Positions 8,101 to 13,913 of a stretch of DNA of 27,193 bases are shown piece after piece (within the stretch, counting starts at the first letter, position 1; the number at the start of each line of letters is the position of its first letter). A model generated the notes under the pieces. It was not told the DNA's origin and made no database searches. It saw nothing but the letters and a program-made list of their open reading frames with translations. A program made the position numbers and the translations under genes. The DNA is from a virus (taxonomy: Duplodnaviria; Caudoviricetes), in IMG/VR virus record IMGVR_UViG_3300048886_001612, positions 1 to 27,193 of that record; one strand, given 5' to 3'.

Positions 8101-10306
8101 GCGTTTTCAGAATCAAGGTCAAACCAAGGGCGGGGCTTTTGCCGACCAGCCTAACGAGTTGTGGAGCCTCTTAGACGCTAATATCAACCCTTCGGCGGCC
8201 AAGGTTTTCTCAGGCTTGGATTTAGCCGAGGTCAAAAAGCAAGCCAAGAGCCTTTACCGTCAACGAGACCAGATCCTAGACAATCCATTATTAGATGATG
8301 AATTGAAAAAGAAACTAGATAGAAGGTTGCAAGCCTTGAATGATCCTTTCTTTTGGCAACGGGCAGAGCGTGAATATGACCGCTTAGGTATCGCTACTGT
8401 GGCTCAAAAGAAAAAGGTGGATAGAGAGACGGTGGAAGCCTATCAAGAGCAAATGACGGGCGTGATGGCCGTTGCTGAGCAAGATTCCAAGCTAGGCCGA
8501 ATCGCCTTGGAGATTGACCAAGAAACTGTCGAAGGGCTGACTGGTAACATCCAAAAAAACTCAGATCGTCAAGGCCAAGAAAGCTATACCTTGGAGTTTA
8601 AGGTTACTCAAGCTAGTGATGCTAAATTCCAAAAAGCCGCCAAAGGATTGGGAGCCCAAAAAAAGAGTTGGGAATTTATTACCCGAGAGTACGACCAAGC
8701 TGATGGCGTTTGGAAGGATCTGGGCGTTGGGTCTCAATATCCAATTTCATTACTTGATACCTACATTTATCAAGATCCAGCCGGGGCTTACGAATTTAAG
8801 TATGTGTCGGGTGCAAGTGGTCAAAGGGCTATGCGAGGAACGACGAGAATTACCGTCAACGGCTCGTTGGACGATTTCAAGGCTCAACTACCACAAATCT
8901 TGTCTGACCTTCAGTTAGACCCCAACTTGTTGGCTCAACCAACCGAAACATATAAGACCAAGTTGAAGGCGGCCCAGATGCTACAACAATTCTTACCTAA
9001 CAAGATGTGGAAGGCTGGTTGGGATAAGCAATTCGCCAAGTCTAGCGATGAACAGGAGAGCCAAGAATTGATCGAATTGGCCCAAAAAGAGATCGCCATG
9101 GCGGCTGGAGTTTCAACCGATGAGGTTCAAAGATGGTTGGATGATACCAACATGGAGGAGGGCTTCTCTGGTTACAAGGTCAACACGGTCAAAAATAAGA
9201 ATTATCAAGATGCCATCCAAAAAGATATCTCCTATTTAACCCACAACATCAGCCCCGAGAATGTGGCTAGGGTTTTTTCGACCCAAGGCTCAGGACTAAT
9301 GTCAACCCGAAACCGTTTTAGCCGAGGCCTCACTGTCGGTGGGGCTTCCAGTGAAACTGACTTGCAGACTGGTGGTGCGGATAGTGCTTTTACCCGAGTG
9401 GTTAATAAGCAAACTGGTTCCATGGCACGGGTCGGTGGGTTGGGTGGCAATGTGATGTTGGTTTTGGACAAGCAATTGCTAAACCGAACCGATTGGTATG
9501 CCTACAATGCTGACATCTATGGTGGTACTGATTGGAAAAAATATGATCATGAATCAAACCGTAAGGGTGCGATCGAGTTGGGATCAATGGGGTCGACCAG
9601 TAATGAGGTCATGTTTCGGCAAGGGATACCAGAAAGTGCTGTCCAAGGCATTGTTTGTGCCGATAGTGAAACCAAAGATACATTGATGCGGGTATTGAAT
9701 AATGCGGGTATCACTCAAATCGGGTCGATGCCAATTTCTGATGAGACCATCCAAGTGGCATATAAGCAAGCTGAGACTGATTATTACAAAGACCCGGCAA
9801 CACTAAAAGATGCCAGCCGGTTGTTGAAACCTGAGCCCGAGGAGTCAATTGGGGTAGATAATGACAAGGTTATAGCTTTAAAAACCAGCTTGAAAGTGAC
9901 TGAAGAGTGGTATCAAGACGGCACATTGGACGAAGCGGCTTATCAAGCGGCCAAATCCGCTTTGGAGGGAGAGCTGGCGAAAGCTACCGGCACCCAAAAA
10001 GCCATCCCAGAGATCAATCTTGAATATTTCGATTCGGAGATAGAGCCCAAACTGAAGGGTTCAGCCAACAAAAAGAAGAAAATTAAAGAGGTTTATGCCT
10101 TGATCTCTGACGAATTAGAGACTTATGCCAGCCAAGCGGTCAACACGCCTAATTTTGTCAATGGCTCTGAAGCTGAAAAAGAGGAATATATCGAAGATTG
10201 GACAACTGAGTTTTTGGTTAGTGGCAAATACGGCGGTTCCATCTCAGGCGGCCAATTCTCAATCACTTTGAAAGCCGTTTTGGATGGCATGGGGCTTTTG
10301 AGCTAA
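5129..10306 (+). CDS. MuF (SPP1 gp7-like) minor head protein fused to duplicated modules, a PI3K/HipA-like kinase domain and an ADP-ribosyltransferase-like domain (polyvalent/polymorphic toxin-type)
   Basis: MuF motifs RLARTEINTAYHE, WRLS-x-x-H-x-x-x-DICD and PPKPHPNCICY, located right after the portal. Kinase motifs LGGSTGA, FVFK, REE, LGNWD, DNIL, RVDNGG (~7660-8110). ART-like motifs YLTHNIS…GLMS…GGADSAFTR…NEVMF…IP (~9230-9660). Confidence 0.85.
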   Translation: MSLNDYQESVFKSRAIPYKATQAIQDRQLMALKMATAQLTDLIQGIADKGEGGQVNRGLFLAKKQAIQNLMVQLAQGMGQDISESVSAVTEETAALMQEVTDKLATDQDQEVDLSNLATVPETVLQNYVHRADSEGLKISPDIWAGNQTALIENQVLSAISRGQSAKSLAQDLEQFINGGSVGMGHSIAYKTMRLARTEINTAYHETRRLSAMASPVVAGMQWRLSNRHPKWDICDLLADQDLYGLGQGVYPSEQLPPKPHPNCICYTMDKLRDPSEWQEPKPIIKVKTTPNSFSLNNLADSLATVKATDNYITKQYQIFEALMDRTIADADKYPPPEPSMPEAPSAQPSPDWLEAIPDEAFNQWYEDLVSPYSKAAGDSQLEDITGFAMYDVMTEATYKEIVKATALKGEALTQDEFVNVFKKHDEKDWKGNSYYDGVLKMALPGDDTILELANADIAKAAENLVGLAEAGTFGVVKPKAPTADVEPTTPPPEADVDNYGKLQDELSFYLPEAVYKDLLWEVSLWEVSAIPSVLQNPDNLKQLWASIAPDYITDLGQTAADFNAIKDHLLSLVADQPSPTPPTPEADVGWLDNVPEQSFLDYYDGDSSNPDLAEGFTIMELMEPNTFEKIVKDAITKGGKLSQEEFEASFKKHDEKDFSGQTYFDGTIEMQEMMGEPFLELANVEVAKTAESLMSSAKGGAFSTPKPSPTVALEDKAQYDKLQDQLSFDLPEDVYVSLLKQVQADNSILLDPQNFQDKWYGSDSNVGAKYIPTSADLYKFVDSLTSTVLSQPSPAPAPEAPPAPKPFDLTPNNTTSVTVDLFDLGPFEGQVKKAKEQGFPIDTNQLQMVSSLGGSTGAKLVKNVDNNEQFVFKQGGNQLHLREEIVADSIYQTFQGKKSVNVPEFEVYQEDNGELTKLAKYLDDTVSLGDVLNGTFSNKTVTADKIKAKVQQGFVLDAVLGNWDVAGTAYDNILITKRGKIYRVDNGGALRFQNQGQTKGGAFADQPNELWSLLDANINPSAAKVFSGLDLAEVKKQAKSLYRQRDQILDNPLLDDELKKKLDRRLQALNDPFFWQRAEREYDRLGIATVAQKKKVDRETVEAYQEQMTGVMAVAEQDSKLGRIALEIDQETVEGLTGNIQKNSDRQGQESYTLEFKVTQASDAKFQKAAKGLGAQKKSWEFITREYDQADGVWKDLGVGSQYPISLLDTYIYQDPAGAYEFKYVSGASGQRAMRGTTRITVNGSLDDFKAQLPQILSDLQLDPNLLAQPTETYKTKLKAAQMLQQFLPNKMWKAGWDKQFAKSSDEQESQELIELAQKEIAMAAGVSTDEVQRWLDDTNMEEGFSGYKVNTVKNKNYQDAIQKDISYLTHNISPENVARVFSTQGSGLMSTRNRFSRGLTVGGASSETDLQTGGADSAFTRVVNKQTGSMARVGGLGGNVMLVLDKQLLNRTDWYAYNADIYGGTDWKKYDHESNRKGAIELGSMGSTSNEVMFRQGIPESAVQGIVCADSETKDTLMRVLNNAGITQIGSMPISDETIQVAYKQAETDYYKDPATLKDASRLLKPEPEESIGVDNDKVIALKTSLKVTEEWYQDGTLDEAAYQAAKSALEGELAKATGTQKAIPEINLEYFDSEIEPKLKGSANKKKKIKEVYALISDELETYASQAVNTPNFVNGSEAEKEEYIEDWTTEFLVSGKYGGSISGGQFSITLKAVLDGMGLLS
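6182..7500 (+). repeat. Diverged internal tandem duplication (two copies of about 200-230 aa) within the MuF fusion
   Basis: Paired segments: DWLEAIPDEAF/GWLDNVPEQSF; YKEIVK/FEKIVK; FKKHDEKDWKG/FKKHDEKDFSG; LELANADIAKAAENL/LELANVEVAKTAESL; YGKLQDELSFYLPEAVY/YDKLQDQLSFDLPEDVY. Pro-rich linkers separate them. Confidence 0.9.
6685..6714 (+). repeat. Perfect 15-bp in-frame tandem duplication (attgtgggaagtttc x2; LWEVS LWEVS)
   Basis: Read directly from the sequence. Confidence 0.9.
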
Positions 10307-10686
10307 TGTCAGTGGCTTGGATGGTTTATGACAGTAGTTGGGCCGATGGGGAGGAGCCATGGTTGGCTTTTTATACCCAATTCTGGCACCCAAACGGGCA
10401 AAGTTTGAGGTTGGAGGATATCGGCAAAGACAAGATCGAACTGGATGGCGGGTTCCGGTGGGGGGCCAGTGGGGTCGAGTTGAATGGCTCGGTCTTGCAA
10501 CGTCAAGATGATGGGAGTTGGATCCAAACCCAAAAAAAGACAGGTCGGGTCTTGGCCTATCAATATTTGACTGTTGAGCTATATAACGAGTTCTTCCCGC
10601 ACGTTTTCCCCCAATCATTTGGGAGTACTGAAGATTTGCAAGCCTATATCAATCAATACAATCGGACTAATTTTGGATTGAAATGA
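10306..10686 (+). CDS. Hypothetical Trp-rich protein, 126 aa; candidate immunity/partner of the MuF C-terminal effector
   Basis: TAATG coupling to the MuF fusion. The function is inferred from position only. Confidence 0.65.
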   Translation: MSVAWMVYDSSWADGEEPWLAFYTQFWHPNGQSLRLEDIGKDKIELDGGFRWGASGVELNGSVLQRQDDGSWIQTQKKTGRVLAYQYLTVELYNEFFPHVFPQSFGSTEDLQAYINQYNRTNFGLK

Positions 10687-11573
10687 CAACTAATCAATTG
10701 ATACTTGACCAATCGCCCAAACAGGCTTTGGATCAATTTTTGCAAAAATATCAAGAAGTCGGGGGGCAAAACATTGAGGAAATCAAAAAAATAGCTTTGG
10801 CTACCATTCGGCACTTGAACGGCAACAAAGATGTCAGGTTTGAAATGGCTAAGACGAGGGCTTTAGAAAAACGATGGTATCAATCATTGACTAAAGGCCA
10901 GCCCGATTGGGATGTCTATGCCTCCGATTTGTACATGGCAGAGTTGTGGGGGTGTTGGATTGTTTATTCTCGATCTTATTTGCGGAACATCATTTCGCCG
11001 ACCTCAATGGTCAATCATAGTGTCTTGACCGAAATGGGGCCGATTAAAACGGTGGTCGATTTAGGTTGTGGATTCGGCTTGACCACCGCCGCATGGAAAC
11101 AGATTTGCCCAAAAGCTCAAGTCTATGGAACTAATTTGGACGGAACTATACAGATGAAAATGGCCCATCGGATGGCGAAGGAATACAAATTCCAAATGGT
11201 TTCGGAGTTAGATCAAATAGAGCCAAATGCTGATGTGGTTTTTGCCTCAGAGTATTTTGAACACATTCCCACGCCTGTCCAGCATTTAAGGAATGTTCTC
11301 AAGAAGCTGAAGCCACAGAACATGTTGATTGCTAACGCTTTCGGTACTCAAGCGATTGGCCATTTCCCTCGCTACCGAGTCAATGGTCAAAATTTGGATG
11401 GCAAGCAAACCTCAACAGCTTTCAATGCAGAACTAAAAAAGTTTGGGTTTGCCAAAGTAAAAACCCAATTATGGAATAATCGGCCCAATTTTTGGAAAAG
11501 GGGTCGGGTTCCAATCACTCAAAATGGCCGACGGGCCTTAAACGACGATCGACGGATCGAAAACGGAGGATAA
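10683..11573 (+). CDS. Class I SAM-dependent methyltransferase
   Basis: Motif I VVDLGCGFG, followed by DVVFASEYFEHI. ATGA overlap with the upstream gene. Confidence 0.88.
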   Translation: MTTNQLILDQSPKQALDQFLQKYQEVGGQNIEEIKKIALATIRHLNGNKDVRFEMAKTRALEKRWYQSLTKGQPDWDVYASDLYMAELWGCWIVYSRSYLRNIISPTSMVNHSVLTEMGPIKTVVDLGCGFGLTTAAWKQICPKAQVYGTNLDGTIQMKMAHRMAKEYKFQMVSELDQIEPNADVVFASEYFEHIPTPVQHLRNVLKKLKPQNMLIANAFGTQAIGHFPRYRVNGQNLDGKQTSTAFNAELKKFGFAKVKTQLWNNRPNFWKRGRVPITQNGRRALNDDRRIENGG

Positions 11574-11577
11574 TAAC

Positions 11578-12444
11578 ATGGCTGAAAATATAGAAACTAC
11601 CACCGAAGAAACTACTTCTGCGGAAGTCTCAAGCCCGACTGACGGGTCGCAAAACACGGCACAGGATTCAAAACCTGTATTCAATGACCAACAGCAACAC
11701 TGGATAGATAACCAGATCATCCCCAAGATTTTGGCCCAAGCCAAACGGCAACAAACGGCTGAAGCTAAGTCGAAAGGCTTAGTCAAAGACGAACGGGAAG
11801 AATTGGAGATATTCAGAGTTCAGCAACGTGAGCAAGCTGAGCAACAAGCCTTGGAAGAGCAACGCAAGTTGGAAGAACAGGGCGAGTATAAGCGGATCAT
11901 CGAAGAAAAGGATACCCAAGTCCAGAAAGCAATGGCCGACGCTCAACAAGCGGTCAGCCTATTGCAACAAGAACGGGAATCCAATTTCATCGAGAACCAA
12001 TTGAGTTCAGCTATCGCTAGAGTCGAGGGAGGCATTATCCCTGAGATGGTGCATATCGCCAAGCAGATGATGAAAGCTGGCGTACCGATCATCCCGGATT
12101 CTGACAACCACTACACTATTCAAGCCCACAACAACGATGGCAATGGGAGCTTAGAGGTGCAGGTGGTTGATGGGAACGGTAATCGGCCTTTCAACTCTAA
12201 CGGCGAGTATATGAGCCTAGAGGAAGCAGTAACTGGCTTCGTCGGACGGCATCCCAGTTTCCAACCAGCCAATTTTAGGGGCGGTGGTTCAGGTGCCAGC
12301 GGCGGTTCTTCGCTCAACACGGTGCAGAGTTTGCAAAAAGAGCTTGACGACTTGACGGCCAAAGCCCAGAAATCGGGCCGGTCAGCTGATCGGCAAGCCA
12401 TGTTGAAAAAAACGAGAGAATTAAAGGCGGCTCAACAAACATGA
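11578..12444 (+). CDS. Capsid scaffolding protein
   Basis: Directly upstream of the MCP. Acidic N-terminus, Q/E-rich coiled coil (LEEQGEYKRI), Gly-rich GGGSGASGG near the C-terminus. GGAGG RBS. Confidence 0.8.
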   Translation: MAENIETTTEETTSAEVSSPTDGSQNTAQDSKPVFNDQQQHWIDNQIIPKILAQAKRQQTAEAKSKGLVKDEREELEIFRVQQREQAEQQALEEQRKLEEQGEYKRIIEEKDTQVQKAMADAQQAVSLLQQERESNFIENQLSSAIARVEGGIIPEMVHIAKQMMKAGVPIIPDSDNHYTIQAHNNDGNGSLEVQVVDGNGNRPFNSNGEYMSLEEAVTGFVGRHPSFQPANFRGGGSGASGGSSLNTVQSLQKELDDLTAKAQKSGRSADRQAMLKKTRELKAAQQT

Positions 12445-12465
12445 CACCGCCAAAGGGAGCATTAA

Positions 12466-13611
12466 ATGGCTTTTTCAGGACGAGCGACTTATGATAACGA
12501 TGACCTGATTGCTGAAGATGTTAGCAATTTGGTATCCACTATTTCACCTTTTGAAACCCCATTGTTAGACTTTTTGGGCGATGCTGGTTCACCAGCTACC
12601 AACGTCTTGCATGAATGGGTCGAAGATTCACTTTCACCCGGATCGTTAATCAATTCCAGTGCCCTCGCCAGTGCCACGGCTAATACGGCTTTTCGAGTTA
12701 ATGGCACCGGCAATGAACTCCAAGTAGGCGATATTTTGCGGATGGTTCCCGGCAATATCATCGCTGGCGAGGAGCTGATGCAAGTGGTTACCGTTCATGG
12801 TGCCAATTCAATTACTGTCTCCCGAGCGTTTGGTGGTGTGGGTGCCAACTCAGCCGCCGCTGGTGGCACTTTGGAATTGCTTAGTAACGCCAGCTTGGAA
12901 GGAGCAGATGTGTCGGGCGATATTGGCATGAACCGTACCCGAAACTTCAACTTCGTCCAGCAGTTCCAAAAGCCGATCGAGGTTTCTGACACCGAACGGG
13001 CGGTCAACAATTTGGGTGGCATTGATGACGAATATGCTTACCAGCTAGAAAGTCGAACCAAAGAGATTCTGCGTGACCTAGAAAAAGCAGTCATCCTTGG
13101 CGCGGCCGGTGGTAACAGTTTCGGTTCATCTACGGCTTATCGTAGCATGAAAGGGATTTGGCGATTTATCACTACTAACCAAAACACCACTACCGCCGCC
13201 CTAGACGATAGCTTCTTAGGCGATAGCCTAGTCAAATCGGCTTGGGATAACGGTGGTGATGATGTTGACGTGATCATCGCTGACGCTCAATGGAAACGTG
13301 CCATTGATGGGTTGATTGATACCCGGATTAGAGTAACCACTGACGAAGATACTTTGCGAACCGAAGTTACCTATTATGAGTCTAGCTTCGGCCGTCAAGC
13401 CATCTTGCCTCCATCCCGACATATGCCTTACAAGTCAGCCATGGCTTTGGCTTCTGATCGGATCGAGGTGGTGCCGTTACAAGGCCGATCTTTCCAACAC
13501 CAAGAACTAGCCAAGACCGGTCATGCCACCAAAGGCGTGGTGGTTGGCGAGTACACAGTGGCTGTCATGAACGAATCTGGCCATTCGCGTGGCGTAGATA
13601 CTGACGCTTAA
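12466..13611 (+). CDS. Major capsid protein (HK97 fold, DUF5309/SU10-type) with an inserted beta-rich domain
   Basis: Motifs EDVSNLVSTISPFETPLL, HEWVEDSL, NFVQQFQKPIEVSDT, EYAYQ…EILRDLEKAVI, RSMKGI, LAKTG…GEYT. Confidence 0.9.
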   Translation: MAFSGRATYDNDDLIAEDVSNLVSTISPFETPLLDFLGDAGSPATNVLHEWVEDSLSPGSLINSSALASATANTAFRVNGTGNELQVGDILRMVPGNIIAGEELMQVVTVHGANSITVSRAFGGVGANSAAAGGTLELLSNASLEGADVSGDIGMNRTRNFNFVQQFQKPIEVSDTERAVNNLGGIDDEYAYQLESRTKEILRDLEKAVILGAAGGNSFGSSTAYRSMKGIWRFITTNQNTTTAALDDSFLGDSLVKSAWDNGGDDVDVIIADAQWKRAIDGLIDTRIRVTTDEDTLRTEVTYYESSFGRQAILPPSRHMPYKSAMALASDRIEVVPLQGRSFQHQELAKTGHATKGVVVGEYTVAVMNESGHSRGVDTDA

Positions 13612-13652
13612 CCTTTTAGCCTCTACCGACCACAATCGAAGGAGCCTTAATA

Positions 13653-13913
13653 ATGACCAGATTAGAGAACCAGGATTTCAACACTTTGAGCCAATTCATG
13701 CTACACAATATCCATCGGCCCTTCAACCCCCAATTTTTGCTCAGGTTCAAGAAGGCCTTACCTGTTTTGTTGAAAGATTATGAGAAGCTGGTGGACGAAA
13801 ATGGACAATTATTGAAAGAGAACCAAAAACTGAAAAAACAAGTTGAAGACCTACAACCAGAGTTGTCAAGCCTACAACCAGAGTTGTCAAACCAGCAGGA
13901 GGTGGCCGAATGA
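13653..13913 (+). CDS. Hypothetical coiled-coil protein, 86 aa
   Basis: GAAGGAG RBS upstream, heptad-like C-terminus, ATGA overlap with the downstream GT gene. Confidence 0.7.
   Translation: MTRLENQDFNTLSQFMLHNIHRPFNPQFLLRFKKALPVLLKDYEKLVDENGQLLKENQKLKKQVEDLQPELSSLQPELSNQQEVAE
13850..13890 (+). repeat. 20-bp direct repeat with 21-bp period (cctacaaccagagttgtcaa x2; LQPELSS LQPELSN)
   Basis: Read directly from the sequence. It adds exactly one heptad to the coiled coil. Confidence 0.88.

Noticed and set aside
1923-10306. Intein or intron in TerL, portal or the large MuF gene
   Set aside because: TerL and portal are normal length, and I saw no Hint-domain splice motifs or homing endonuclease motifs in the MuF fusion.
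6685-13890. Short direct repeats as a possible CRISPR array or DGR template/variable repeats
   Set aside because: Each has only two adjacent in-frame copies with no spacers. No cas or reverse transcriptase gene is present, and there is no adenine-specific mismatch pattern.
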